From Candidatus Eiseniibacteriota bacterium (GTDB lineage Bacteria; Eisenbacteria; RBG-16-71-46; SZUA-252): 64,000 nt of DNA. This document shows positions 1 to 10,716 of the stretch, one piece after another (the stretch's first letter is position 1; each line of letters begins with the position of its first letter). The notes under the pieces were generated by a model. That model saw nothing but the letters and a program-made list of their open reading frames with translations, ran no database searches and had not been told where the DNA came from. The position numbers and the translations under genes are program-made. The stretch spans positions 1,856,001 to 1,920,000 of the forward strand of contig OY969801.1 of NCBI GenBank assembly GCA_963703225.1, in the 5' to 3' direction.

Positions 1-1
1 T

Positions 2-349
2 TACACGACCCACGATCTCGAAGGCGTGAAGCGTTTCTACACGAGCCTTCTCGGCTTTTCGAAGTTTGATCAGGATCAGAACTTCAACTATCTCTGGATC
101 CAGACCGGCAACTCCTCGAGCATCGGCTTCATGCCGCCGATGCGCGACATGGGCGAGCCGAGCCCGGCGAAGGAGCCGACGCTCTACTTCATCGTGAAGG
201 ACGTCGACCGCGCGTATGCCAGTCTTTCGTCGAAGGGGGTCATGTTCGAGGGACCGCCCGCGGACATGCCGTGGGGGCACCGGGTCGTCCGCACCACCGA
301 TCCCGAGGGACGCGCCGTGATGCTCGCCACCCCGAAACGTCAGCCCTGA
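2..349 (+). CDS. VOC/glyoxalase-bleomycin resistance family protein (5' end outside window)
   Basis: Frame open from base 2 (YTTHDLEGVKRFY); VOC motifs LYFIVKDVDRAY and DMPWGHRVVRTTDPEG. Confidence 0.85.
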   Translation, partial: YTTHDLEGVKRFYTSLLGFSKFDQDQNFNYLWIQTGNSSSIGFMPPMRDMGEPSPAKEPTLYFIVKDVDRAYASLSSKGVMFEGPPADMPWGHRVVRTTDPEGRAVMLATPKRQP

Positions 350-371
350 TCGAAGTGTTCGGAGGGACGCC

Positions 372-1516
372 GTGAGGCCCACCCCCTGCGTCGCGCTTCA
401 CGAGCTGGGACAGAGCGTCTGGCTCGACAACATCAACGACGGGCTGATCGAATCGGGCGAATTGGCCCGGCTGATCGCCGAGGGGTCGGTCTACGGCGTC
501 ACCTCCAATCCCACGATCTTCAAGAACGCGATCGCGGGGGAGCGCTTCTCCTACCCCGCCGAGATCGCGCGCCTCGCCGGCGCCGGGAAGAGTCCCCACG
601 AGATCTACGATCTCCTCGCGGTCCGCGACATCACGCGGACCGCGGACCTCTTGGCCGAGACGTACCGACGCGGGACGGGGCGGGATGGCTTCGTCAGCCT
701 GGAGGTGCCGCCCGCGCTTTCGCGCGACACGCGCGGCCACGATCGCCGAGGCGAAGCGGCTCTGGAAGCTCGTCGCGCCGGCCGAACCTCTTCGTCAAGG
801 TCCCCGGAACGCCCGAGGGCATTCCCGCGATCGAGGGGCTGATCGCCGACGGCGTCAGCATCAACGTCACGCTCCTCTTCTCCCGCCCCCAGTACGCCGC
901 GGTGGCCGCCGCCTTCCGCCGCGGCATCGAGCGGAGGCTCGGGTCGGGGCAGTCTCTCGACGGACTCCACTCGGTGGCCAGCGTCTTCGTGAGCCGGCTC
1001 GATACCTCGGTCGACAAGGAGCTGGAGACGCGGGCCTCGGCCGCGGACCCGGCGCTCCAAGAAAGGCTGCGCACGCTCCGGGGCGCCGCGGCGGTGGCCA
1101 ACGCGCTCGACATCTGGGAGGAGTACCGGGCACAGTTCTTCGGCCCTTCCTTCGAGCCACTCCGCGCAAAGGGGGCCAGGCCCCAGTGGCTCCTCTGGGC
1201 GAGCACCGGCACCAAGAATCCGGCCTACTCCGACGTCAAGTACGTGGAGGAGCTTGCCGGGCCCGACAGCATCAACACGATGCCCCGGGAGACGATCGAC
1301 GCCTACCTCTCCCACGGGCCCGCTCCCTCGAACCGGCTCGATCCGCGCGTGGAGACGGCAAGGAAGACCCGACAGGCATTCTCCGAAGTCGGGGTCTCGC
1401 TCGAGGCGCACTGCCAGAAGCTCCTCGGCGAAGGCGTCCAGTCGTTCGCCCAGTCCTTCGATGAGATGATGAACGTCATCCGCGAGCGATCCGCCGCGCT
1501 CGCGCAGCGCCGCTAG
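372..1516 (+). CDS. tal: Transaldolase (apparent frameshifts near 735 and 780)
   Basis: GQSVWLD, GVTSNPTIF, FVSLEV, NLFVKVPGT, INVTLLFS, VASVFVSRLD, LLWASTGTKNP spread over three frames. Confidence 0.92.
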
Positions 1517-1572
1517 GTCGAGCCCCCAGTGCGCCGGGGCAGACTTCTCACCGCCGCGACAGGGAAACTCGC

Positions 1573-2569
1573 TTGATCCTCGCGGGCGACATCGGGGGCA
1601 CGAAGGCCAGCCTCGCCCTCTTCGAAACCAACGGCGAGGGTCGGCTCGGGCCGGCCACGCACCCGGAATCCCACCGCGGCGCCGACTTCCCTTCCCTCAT
1701 GGACCTGCTCGATGCCTACCGCGCCCGTCATCCGGCAAGGATCGACGCGGCCTGTTTCGGCGTCGCCGGTCCCGTGATTCGAGGGAGTGTCCAGGGAACC
1801 AACATTCCCTGGCGGGTCGACGGCGTCGAGACGGCGCGGAGGCTCGGGATCAAGTCGGTCTCCCTGCTCAATGACCTCGCCGCGGCCGGCTACGCGGTTC
1901 CGCTCCTGACCGCGGATGACCTCGTCACGATCCAGGAAGGCGCAGCGGACCGCGATGCGAACGCCGCGATCATTTCAGCCGGGACGGGGCTGGGCGAATC
2001 GATCCTCGCCCGGGTCGCAGGCGACTGGATCCCCATCGACTCCGAAGGCGGATTCGCCGACTTCGCCCCACGGACCGACGAGGAAATCGACCTCTTCCGC
2101 GACCTCCGCTCCCGGCTGGGCCGTGTGGCCTACGAGCACGTACTTTCGGGGCCGGGGCTCGTCCAGGTGGGCCGCTGGTCTCACGCGCGCGGCGGAGCGG
2201 CGGCGGCCGCCGCGTGGAAGGCGCACCAGGCCGACGCTTCGGGGGACGATCTCGCCGCCTCGGTGAGCGCGGCCGCGATCGGAGGCTCCTGCATCTGGTG
2301 CGGCGAGGCGCTCGATCTATTCGTATCGGTCTACGGCGCCGAAGCGGGCAACCTGGCGCTGCGGGGAGTTGCCCGGGCGGGGGTCTACCTCGGGCGGTGG
2401 GATCGCGCCCAAGATCCTCCCGGCCCTCAAGGGGGATCGGTTTCTTCGAGCCTTCCGCGACAAGGCGCCCCACGCGGAGCTCCTCGGAGCGATCCCGGTC
2501 CGGGTCATCCAAAACGAGCAGGCCGGGGTGCTGGGCGCGGCACGCTACGCTTCCCTCTCCCTGACCTAG
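1573..2569 (+). CDS. glk: Glucokinase (apparent frameshift near 2395)
   Basis: ILAGDIGGTK, LLNDL, AGTGLGE, SEGG; C-terminus GGGIAPKIL...AGVLGAA in the next frame. Confidence 0.92.
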
Positions 2570-2586
2570 GCTCTATAATCCGCGCC

Positions 2587-3568
2587 ATGGCATCTCCGAC
2601 GGCAACCCGAGAGGCACCCGTCGGGGGCGGCGGCCCACCGCGTGAGCGAGCGTGTCCGCGAGATTCTCTCGTGGTACTCGTCGGACAATCCGGGCACGAA
2701 ATCCAACCTGGCCCGGATGCTGAACCATGGCACCCTCGCCGGCACGGGCCGGATGGTGATTCTTCCGGTCGACCAGGGCTTTGAGCACGGACCCGCGCGC
2801 TCCTTTGCGCCCAATCCGGCCGGCTACGATCCCCGCTACCATTTCGATCTCGCCCTTGAGGCAGGCTGCAATGCCTACGCGGCGCCGCTCGGATTTATCG
2901 AGGCGGGCGCGGCGGAGTTCGCGGGCGAGATCCCGCTCATCTTGAAGCTGAACAATCACGACGTGCTCCACGACGAGAAGGATCCACTCTCCGCGCTCAC
3001 GGGCAGCGTGGGCGCGGCGCTCCGCCTCGGCTGTGCCGCGATCGGGTTCACGATCTATCCAGGCTCCGCCATGGCCACCAAGATGTACGAGCAGATCCGG
3101 GCCCTCGCGGAGGAGGCGAAGCGAGCGGGCCTGGCGGTGGTGGTCTGGTCCTACCCTCGCGGCTCGGGCCTCAGCAAGGCGGGAGAGACGGCGATCGACG
3201 TGGTGGCCTACGCCGCCCAGATCGCCGCACAGCTGGGAGCGCACGTTCTCAAGGTCAAGCTCCCCACGGAGCATATCGAGCAGGAAGAGGCGCGGAAGTC
3301 TTACGAGAAGTACGCGATCCCGATCGGGACCTTGGCCGATCGCGTGCGGCACGTCGTCCAGTCGTCGTTCGACGGCCGGCGGATCGTGATCTTCTCGGGA
3401 GGCGCCAAGAAGGACAACGACGAGGAGATCTTGAACGAGGCCCGCGCGATTCGAGACGGAGGCGGATTCGGGTCGATCATCGGCAGAAACTCGTTCCAGC
3501 GAAAGCGCCCCGAAGCGCTGAAGCTGCTCCGCCGCATCATGGCGATCTACGCCGGAGACACTCCCTAG
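2587..3568 (+). CDS. fbaB: Class I fructose-bisphosphate aldolase (DhnA/FbaB type)
   Basis: ILPVDQGFEHGP, LILKLN, WSYPRG, AQLGAHVLKVK, IIGRNSFQR. Intact ORF from GTG 2642; ATG 2587 (after TATAAT) joins it if one G of the G5 run near 2625 is removed. Confidence 0.92.
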
Positions 3569-3610
3569 CTCGGAAACGCACCGACCGCGCCCCGCATGGA
3601 GACGGTCGGT

Positions 3611-3760
3611 CTAGTGCCCGGAAGGCCTCCCCCGCAGCCAAAGCGCGAAGAGAAATCCGAGCGTTCCCAGCAGCGCGCAGACGAACAGCAGCCAGACGAG
3701 CGCCGCGCGATTTCTCGCCCTGGCTTCCGTCTCTCTCCCCTCCAGCTTCGCCCCGCTCAA
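3611..3760 (-). CDS. Small single-TM protein (49 aa) at the end of the oxidase operon
   Basis: TTG start overlaps the ctaG stop (TTGA), GGAGG upstream, basic stretch then hydrophobic helix (ARARNRAALVWLLFVCALLGTLGFLFALWL). Confidence 0.6.
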   Translation of the reverse strand: MSGAKLEGRETEARARNRAALVWLLFVCALLGTLGFLFALWLRGRPSGH

Positions 3761-4338
3761 TTCGCCTCCGTCGCCGGGACCGGGAGATCGTGCTTCGGAT
3801 CCCGGGGAAAGAGCGTGTAGTTGAGGATGATCTCGTTCACCGACAGCGGGAACCGCGGGGAGAGCGCGAAGTAGACCGGGAGCTCCCTCGTTTCCCGCGG
3901 GGCGAGGGTCTGGTCCTCGAAGCAGAAACATTGAATGAGCTGGAATTCCTTGGCCGCCGCGGTCGGCACGATCGAGTGAACGGCCCGGAAATAGACCGAA
4001 TCGTCGCTCATGTTGGTGAAGGTGTAGCTCAGGCGTACAGGCTTCCCTGGATGAATGGAGAGCGACGATACGGAGGGCCCGAAGCGAACCGGCAGACCGC
4101 TCCCGGTCACGCCCATGAACTTGACCTGGACGTTCCTGCCAAGGATGTCCCCGGTCGTGCTCGACATCCCCGGCTCCGGCGTACCGCGGAACGCCGCCTT
4201 TCCGGAACCGGAAAGCCCGAAGCGCGCGCAGAAGAGCTTGAAGAGCGGCACGTTGGCATAGGCGAACGAGAACATGAAGAGCACCATCGTGCCGATAGCG
4301 ATCCCCAGGAGAGCATTCGATGGGCGCTTTAACTTCAT
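3757..4338 (-). CDS. ctaG: Cytochrome c oxidase assembly protein CtaG/Cox11
   Basis: FSFAYANVPLFKLFC and IQCFCFEDQTL copper motif, LNYTLF; ATG 4338 after GAGG. Confidence 0.9.
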   Translation of the reverse strand: MKLKRPSNALLGIAIGTMVLFMFSFAYANVPLFKLFCARFGLSGSGKAAFRGTPEPGMSSTTGDILGRNVQVKFMGVTGSGLPVRFGPSVSSLSIHPGKPVRLSYTFTNMSDDSVYFRAVHSIVPTAAAKEFQLIQCFCFEDQTLAPRETRELPVYFALSPRFPLSVNEIILNYTLFPRDPKHDLPVPATEAN

Positions 4339-4348
4339 CTCGAAACCT

Positions 4349-5230
4349 CTAGGTATGTAAGGGGATGCGCCAGATGGAATCGGCGATGATTCCGAGGAAG
4401 AGGAGGAAGAGGTAGACGATGGAGTAGCCGAAGACGTCCCAGGCCGAACGCGTCGTGGCGACCCGGCGAGCCCGCACGGCCTTCCAGAGGAAGAGGACCC
4501 CAATGGCGACGGCGACGGCCGCATAGACCGCCCCACCCGCGTGAAGGAACGGCATGGCGAAGGTCAGAGCCACCAGCGCGAAGGTATACCGCTCGATCTG
4601 CCGGTAGGTCTCGGCGTCGCCCTTCACGATCGGGAGCATCGGAATCCGAACCCTGCGGTAGTCCTCCTGGACGCAGAGCGCGAGCGCCCAGAAGTGGGGC
4701 GGGGTCCAGAGGAAGATGACGAGGAAGAGGAGGATCGGGGTGAGCGCCAGCCCCCCGCTCGATGCAGCCCACGCGATGACCGGCCCCATGGCCCCGGCTG
4801 CTCCCCCGATGACGATGTTGTGGACCGTGCGGGGCTTGAGCCAGAGCGTGTAGAAGAAGCCGTAGAACGCGATGGTTCCGAACGCGAGCCACGCGCTCAA
4901 GGCGTTGCCAAAGAGCCAAAGAAGCGCCACCGACGCCGCGCCCACCGCGATCGCGAAGGCCAGGGCGCCGCGCTCCGAGACGCGGCCGAGCGGCAGCGGG
5001 CGCTTGAGGCGCGTCCTCGTCATGGCCGCGTCGAGGTCCCGCTCGAAGTACTGGTTGAACGCGTTGGCGGAACCGGCCGTGAGGGTGATCGCGAAGAGGA
5101 CCAAAGAGAACCGCGCCGGGTCGGCGAGAAGCGATCCTTCCGCGACGAGCCCCGCCACCGCCGTGACCACCACCAAGAGCACGATCCGCGGCTTGGTCAG
5201 CAGGATGTAGTCAAGCACGCTTGAGCTCAT
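4349..5230 (-). CDS. ctaB: Heme O synthase (protoheme IX farnesyltransferase)
   Basis: LTKPRI, NQYFERDLDAAMTRTRLKRPLP, NIVIGG, LWTPPHFWAL. Confidence 0.95.
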   Translation of the reverse strand: MSSSVLDYILLTKPRIVLLVVVTAVAGLVAEGSLLADPARFSLVLFAITLTAGSANAFNQYFERDLDAAMTRTRLKRPLPLGRVSERGALAFAIAVGAASVALLWLFGNALSAWLAFGTIAFYGFFYTLWLKPRTVHNIVIGGAAGAMGPVIAWAASSGGLALTPILLFLVIFLWTPPHFWALALCVQEDYRRVRIPMLPIVKGDAETYRQIERYTFALVALTFAMPFLHAGGAVYAAVAVAIGVLFLWKAVRARRVATTRSAWDVFGYSIVYLFLLFLGIIADSIWRIPLHT

Positions 5231-6095
5231 GAGCCGCCGTCAGGAGGGAGCCGAAGAGGACCAGCGCCGTCCCCAGGTGGGCCACGCTGATCGGCAGGGG
5301 CACACGAAGGACGACGTTTCCAATACCCAGGATTACCTGGAGCGCGAGGAGTATACCCGAGATGCGAAGCGGCCACCGGGCCCGCGGTGGAAGCCGCGCG
5401 GGCGCCGCGGCCACGAGAAGTCCCAGCACGAGGAGGACGATCGCGTAAGCGCCGAGCCGGTGCGCGTAGTGGATTCCGACCAGCCCCGTCATGGGCGGGA
5501 GCCAGGACCCCTGACAGGTTGGGAAATCCGGGCAGGCGAGCGCCGCCCCGGAGGACGACACCCAAGCACCGAGGCCCGCTTGGAGAAAGACCGCCCCCGC
5601 GGACAGGTGGGCGAACCGCGCGAGAACCCTCGCGCGGGGGTCTCGCTCCCCCGCCGGCGCCCCCTCCGTCACCCGGAGCGCCATGAGCAGGAGAATTCCA
5701 AAGAAGGTGAACGCGAGCAGGAGGTGCGCGACCACCCGGTCGACCGGCAGCTCTTCCAAGACCACCCGACCCCCCATGAAGATTTGCAGGACGAGCGTGA
5801 TCAGCGCCGCCACCGTGAGCGCGCCGACCTTCGCGCGCGCCTCCCGGGAGCGGAAAACCATGATCGCGATCGCGATCGTCACGAACCCCACGAGCATAGC
5901 GATGACGCGATGGCCGAACTCGATCAGGACGTTCGGATGGGGGCGCGGGAGCAACTTCCCCTCCGCGAGGGGCCAGTCGGGAATGGCGAGCCCCGACCCG
6001 CTCAGCCGCACGACGCCCCCCCAGACCACCAGCACGAATACCAACGCCAGGGCCGCTACGAGAAGGGTGGGCAGACGGCCGGATCGCGATTCCAT
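5211..6095 (-). CDS. ctaA: Heme A synthase COX15/CtaA
   Basis: GGVVRLSGSGLAIPDWP, EFGHR, ACPDFPTC, HYAHR, VAHL; multiple TM segments. Confidence 0.9.
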   Translation of the reverse strand: MESRSGRLPTLLVAALALVFVLVVWGGVVRLSGSGLAIPDWPLAEGKLLPRPHPNVLIEFGHRVIAMLVGFVTIAIAIMVFRSREARAKVGALTVAALITLVLQIFMGGRVVLEELPVDRVVAHLLLAFTFFGILLLMALRVTEGAPAGERDPRARVLARFAHLSAGAVFLQAGLGAWVSSSGAALACPDFPTCQGSWLPPMTGLVGIHYAHRLGAYAIVLLVLGLLVAAAPARLPPRARWPLRISGILLALQVILGIGNVVLRVPLPISVAHLGTALVLFGSLLTAAHELKRA

Positions 6096-6142
6096 CGGTT
6101 GCGACGAGGACTACCCCGCGGGCGCGGGGCGCGTCCGCCCTC

Positions 6143-7762
6143 CTACCGGATCACCGGGATGCGGTGGAAATTCTCCGCGGGCGGAGGCGATTCCACCGTC
6201 CACTCCAGCGTGCGGGTGACGTCCGTGTGGTCCCACGGATCCGCGGGCGCCCGGCGCCCTTTCCAGAGGCTCATGCCGATATTGATGAAGAAGATCAACA
6301 TGGCCACGCCCAGGACCCCCGCCCCCGCGCTGGCGATGTGGTTCAAGCCCGCGTACTGCGGCTGGTAGGTGTAGATGCGCCGCGGCATCCCGAGCATGCC
6401 CATCAGGTGCATCGGCATGAAGGTGAGGTTCATTCCGATGAAGACCAGCCAGAAGTGAACCTTGCCCCAGAACTCGTTGTAGAGCCGGCCCGAGAACTTT
6501 GGAAACCAGTAATAGAAGCCGGCGAAAATCGACATCAGCGATCCGCCGAACAGGACGTAGTGAAGGTGGGCCACGACGAAGTAGGTGTCGTGGACCTGCA
6601 CATCGAACGGCACCAACGCCAGCCAGATCCCGGTGATCCCGCCGATCGTGAAGAGGGCGATGAATCCCAGCGCGTAGAGCATCGGCGTCCGAAACCGGAT
6701 CGAGCCGCCCCAGATCGTGGCGAGCCAGGACCAGATCTTGATGCCGGTGGGGACCGCGATGACCATCGACGCGAAGCTGAAGAAGCGCCGGAGGCCCGGA
6801 TCCATGCCGGTCGCGAACATGTGGTGGCCCCAGACGATGAATCCGATAAACCCGATCCCCGCGGTCGCGAACACGAGGCCTTTGTAGCCGAAGAGGTGCT
6901 TGCCCGAGAAGGCGGGGAGCACCTGGGAGACCATCCCCATCCCGGGGAGCACCATGATGTAGACGGCGGGGTGCGAGTAGAACCAGAAGAGGTGCTGCCA
7001 GAGGATTGGATCGCCGCCCGCCGCCGGATGGAAGAAGGCGGTCCCGAACATCCGGTCGGTCAGGAGCATCGTGAGCGCGCCCGCCAAAACCGGGGTCGCG
7101 ACGAGGATGATGGTCTGGGTGATGAGGACCGTCCAGCAGAACATCGGGATCTTGAACATGGTCATGCCCGGCGCGCGCAGGTTCAGGATCGTCACGACGA
7201 AGTTGATCCCGCCGAGGATGGAGGACATGCCCGCCAGGTGAAGCCCCAGGATCCAGAGATCCACGCCGGGGCCGGGCGAGTACTGCCGGTCGGTCAGCGG
7301 CGGATAGCTGGTCCATCCGGCCGCGGCCGAGCCCCCCTGGAGCCACATGCTCGCGAGCATGAGGCACCCCGCGGGCACCAGGAGCCAAAAGCTGAACGCG
7401 TTGACCCGAGGGAAGGCCATGTCCCGGGCGCCGATCTGGATCGGCACCACGTAGTTGCTGAGGCCCGCCATCACCGGGATCGTCCAGAAGAAGATCATGA
7501 AGGTGCCGTGGAGGGACATGAGCTGGTTGTAGAGCTCGGGGCGCAGCACGTGGAGCCCGGGCGCGGAGAGCTGGGCCCGCATGGCCATCGCGAAGACTCC
7601 TCCGATCGCGAAGAACGTCATGGAGAGCCAGAGGTACATCACGCCGATCAGCTTATGATCGGTCGTGAGGAGCCACTTGAGGATCCCCTTCCGCTCCTTG
7701 GGGTGCGCCGTCATGGCGGCTGGCGCGACGCGCGCGCCACCCGCCAAGGATCCCGCTTCCAT
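6143..7762 (-). CDS. ctaD: Cytochrome c oxidase subunit I, A2 type
   Basis: TTDHKLIG, SLHG, FWFYSHPAVY (YS signature of A2), VWGHHMF, VVAHLHY, GMPRR. Confidence 0.97.
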   Translation of the reverse strand: MEAGSLAGGARVAPAAMTAHPKERKGILKWLLTTDHKLIGVMYLWLSMTFFAIGGVFAMAMRAQLSAPGLHVLRPELYNQLMSLHGTFMIFFWTIPVMAGLSNYVVPIQIGARDMAFPRVNAFSFWLLVPAGCLMLASMWLQGGSAAAGWTSYPPLTDRQYSPGPGVDLWILGLHLAGMSSILGGINFVVTILNLRAPGMTMFKIPMFCWTVLITQTIILVATPVLAGALTMLLTDRMFGTAFFHPAAGGDPILWQHLFWFYSHPAVYIMVLPGMGMVSQVLPAFSGKHLFGYKGLVFATAGIGFIGFIVWGHHMFATGMDPGLRRFFSFASMVIAVPTGIKIWSWLATIWGGSIRFRTPMLYALGFIALFTIGGITGIWLALVPFDVQVHDTYFVVAHLHYVLFGGSLMSIFAGFYYWFPKFSGRLYNEFWGKVHFWLVFIGMNLTFMPMHLMGMLGMPRRIYTYQPQYAGLNHIASAGAGVLGVAMLIFFINIGMSLWKGRRAPADPWDHTDVTRTLEWTVESPPPAENFHRIPVIR

Positions 7763-7766
7763 CGCT

Positions 7767-8478
7767 CTAGGCTCCCTTCTTCTTCATGGCGAGCCAGGCC
7801 TCGAACTCCTCGGGGGTGACCGCCTTCACGGTGATCAACATCTCTCCGTGAAGCACCCCGCAGAGCTCCGCGCACTGGCCCTTGTAGACGCCGGGTTTCT
7901 CGATCTGGAACCAGGTGTGGTTCACGCGACCGGGATTGGCGTCCATCTTGACGCCGAAATCGGGGACGAACCAGCTGTGGATGACGTCGATCGAGGTGAT
8001 GTTGGCCGCCACGATCTTGCCGTAGGGCACCACCAGCGGCTCGTTGGCGAAGACCACTCCCTGTGCCGGGGTAGCGGTACTCCCAGAACCACTGGTGCCC
8101 GATGATCTCGATCGTGAGATCCGACTTCGGGACCGTCTCGAGATGCTTCAGCGTCATGAAGGACGGTCCCGAGAGTATGACCATCGCGATGGCGGGGATC
8201 GCGGTCCAGACGATCTCCAGCTTCACGTTCTCGTGAAACGTGGCCGCCGGAACACCCGGCCGGGCGCGGAACCGGATCACCGCGACGAGAAGGATCAGCT
8301 CGGCAAGCAGGAAGAAGAACATCGTCACGCCGACGGCTTTCCAGAAGAGCTCCCGGACCTCGTGGGCAACCGGTGTCACGGGATGGAGGAGCCAGGCGTA
8401 CGCGGTGCCGGCGGTGGCGAGCGCCGTCAGCAAGCACGCAAGCGATAGGAAAAGGATCCTGTAAGTCCGTCGATTCAT
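7767..8478 (-). CDS. ctaC: Cytochrome c oxidase subunit II, CuA, no fused heme c (apparent frameshift near 8060)
   Basis: LEIVWTAIP, GHQWFWEYRY, DVIHSW, GQCAELCGVLHGEM. Confidence 0.93.
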
Positions 8479-8479
8479 T

Positions 8480-9496
8480 TCAGCTCCTGGACCGTCCCGC
8501 GGACTCCTGCTTCGCCCGCAGGGCCTGTGTATAGAGGTAGAGATCCCGGAGCTGGGTCCGCGACAGGTCGCCGTTCCCCGGCATGGCGTATCCCGGCAAC
8601 CCCATGAGGATCACCTTCTCGAAACTCTCATAGTGTGTGGCCCAGTCGCCCTTCGGCGCGCCGAGGCTCCGCGTGACGACGTAGGCGTAGGGCGCCGATC
8701 CCAACATGCGCACCCGGGCGCCGCCCTGCCCCGCCGGCCCGTGGCAACGGGCACAGCGCTCGGCGTAGAGATCCGAGCCCGGCTGGGACGCGTCGGGCGC
8801 CGCCGCCACGCCGACGGGAGGCTCCGATTCAGCGAGGGCCGCCATCGCGCGATCGACCGGAATGACTGGCCCCGGTGGCTCTGGCGCTCCCCCCGCGGGA
8901 GCTCCGCCCGACGGGGCGCCCGTTCCGCCGCTGGGAGCCGAGCCGGGAGGCTGCAGCCAGGCGAGATCCTCTGGTTTGTCCTCCGCCAGCTTGGGACCGA
9001 GCGAGCGCACGTAGTGGGCCAGCGCGATCCGCTCTTCCAACGGGATCGCGATGAACGACGCCATCCCCGTGCCCGGAGATCCCTCCGTGATGGTCCGCGT
9101 GACACGGGCCACCCCGCCGCCGTACCGCCAGTACCCCGAGGTGAAATCGCGCGGCTTGGGGTTGAGCGCCGCCGACGCGGAGCCATCCCCCTTGCCGGCG
9201 GTTCCGTGGCACGACGCGCAGTTGATCAGGAACGCGCTCTTTCCCTTCGCGAGCAGATCGGGATTCGCTACCAGAAGCTGGGATACGTCCGGGTGCGCGG
9301 CCGCCGCGCCCTCGACCGCCGCCCCGCCATGCCCCCCTTGGGCGGAGTGCATGCCCGCGACGTAGGCGAGCGTCGCCACCACCGCCAGGATCAGGGCGGT
9401 GACGAGGAACTGGGCGGTGGAGAGGACCGAGGCAAGCCGGTCGTCCGCTCCCTGGCCCGGCTCGGGGGACGTGTGGATGCCGGGATCGTGGCTCAT
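8480..9496 (-). CDS. Membrane-anchored di-heme cytochrome c
   Basis: N-terminal TM helix, CASCH...PKPRDF...TGM, Pro/Gly linker, CARCH...YAMP; ATG 9496 overlaps the actF stop. Confidence 0.85.
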   Translation of the reverse strand: MSHDPGIHTSPEPGQGADDRLASVLSTAQFLVTALILAVVATLAYVAGMHSAQGGHGGAAVEGAAAAHPDVSQLLVANPDLLAKGKSAFLINCASCHGTAGKGDGSASAALNPKPRDFTSGYWRYGGGVARVTRTITEGSPGTGMASFIAIPLEERIALAHYVRSLGPKLAEDKPEDLAWLQPPGSAPSGGTGAPSGGAPAGGAPEPPGPVIPVDRAMAALAESEPPVGVAAAPDASQPGSDLYAERCARCHGPAGQGGARVRMLGSAPYAYVVTRSLGAPKGDWATHYESFEKVILMGLPGYAMPGNGDLSRTQLRDLYLYTQALRAKQESAGRSRS

Positions 9497-10716
9497 CCGT
9501 GGAACCTCACGCTCGACTCGAATAGAGGATCGCTGTGCGCCGCGACGGGGTGGCGCGAGAAGAAGCGGAGGAGGCACAGGCCGAAGAGCCCGAGGAAGCC
9601 GAGGGTGGTTCCGATTTCGGTCCAGCCTAAAACCACGGACTGGGGCGAGAACGCCGGCAGGACCAACCAGTAGAGATCGACCCATTGCCCGAGCAGGATG
9701 CAGCCGCCGACCGCGAGGAGGACGATCTCGTTCTCCTTCATCTTCTGGTGCATGAGCGTAAAGAACGGGATCACGAACTTGAGCATCCCCAGCGCGATGC
9801 CGACGCCTCCCCATCCGGTAAACGTTCGGTGGATCATATACTCGATCTCTTCGGGCAGGTTCGCGTACCAGATCAGCATGAATTGGGAGAAGGCGATGTA
9901 CATCCAGAACACCGAGAAAGCGAACATGAGCTTGCCGAGGTCCCAGTAGTGGAATCGGCTGACGACCCCCGATAGGGCCCCCTGACGACGCAGGAGTACC
10001 ACCACGATGGCGATGGCGGCCAGCCCGCTCTGCCAGATGCCCGCAAAACAGTAGACCCCGAAGATCGTGCTGTACCAGGTGGGCTCGAGCGACATGAGCA
10101 GGTCAAATCCGAGCAGGGTCACCGTGAGCGCGAAAATCAGGATGAAGGCGGCCGACGCCTTGGTGCTCGACTTGACGAGCTTGGGATCCCCCGAGGCGTC
10201 CTGCCGGATGGAGTTCCGGATGAAGTACCACGAGAACAGGCACCAGACCGCGAGGATTACCCCGGTCCGGAGCGTGAAGAGCGGCGTCGATAGGTAGCCG
10301 CCCTTGGAGAGGTCCGCCGCGTGCGCCCCTTCCGTGATGCTCGGCGCCGACCAGACGTAGAGGTGCGGAATCCCGAGGAGGACCACGAGCAGGAGGAGGA
10401 GCGCGAGCGGCAGGAAGGAGCTGAACGCCTCCGCCACGCGCCGGACGACGACGCTCCACGTGGCGCCCACCAGGTAGTGGAGCGCCGTGAAAAAGGTGCC
10501 GGCCACTCCCAGACCCATGAAGTACCAGAATCCGATCAGGAACGCCGCGTAGGCGCGGGTCGGGTCGGAGCGGACTTCGATCAGGAAGGTGGCGACCCCG
10601 AGCGCGGCCAAAATGCCGAACATCGCGCGCACTCCCAGCGGCGATTGAATCGGCCCCACGCGGGACTTGAGCGCCTGGATTCCGGCGCCCGGAGATGCGG
10701 CGTGCGCGGTGCTCAT
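9493..10716 (-). CDS. actF: Alternative complex III subunit ActF
   Basis: Polytopic; WSVVVRRVAEA, MSLEPTWYSTIFG, DLGKLMFAFSVFWMYIAFSQFMLIWYANLPEE. Confidence 0.92.
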   Translation of the reverse strand: MSTAHAASPGAGIQALKSRVGPIQSPLGVRAMFGILAALGVATFLIEVRSDPTRAYAAFLIGFWYFMGLGVAGTFFTALHYLVGATWSVVVRRVAEAFSSFLPLALLLLLVVLLGIPHLYVWSAPSITEGAHAADLSKGGYLSTPLFTLRTGVILAVWCLFSWYFIRNSIRQDASGDPKLVKSSTKASAAFILIFALTVTLLGFDLLMSLEPTWYSTIFGVYCFAGIWQSGLAAIAIVVVLLRRQGALSGVVSRFHYWDLGKLMFAFSVFWMYIAFSQFMLIWYANLPEEIEYMIHRTFTGWGGVGIALGMLKFVIPFFTLMHQKMKENEIVLLAVGGCILLGQWVDLYWLVLPAFSPQSVVLGWTEIGTTLGFLGLFGLCLLRFFSRHPVAAHSDPLFESSVRFHG

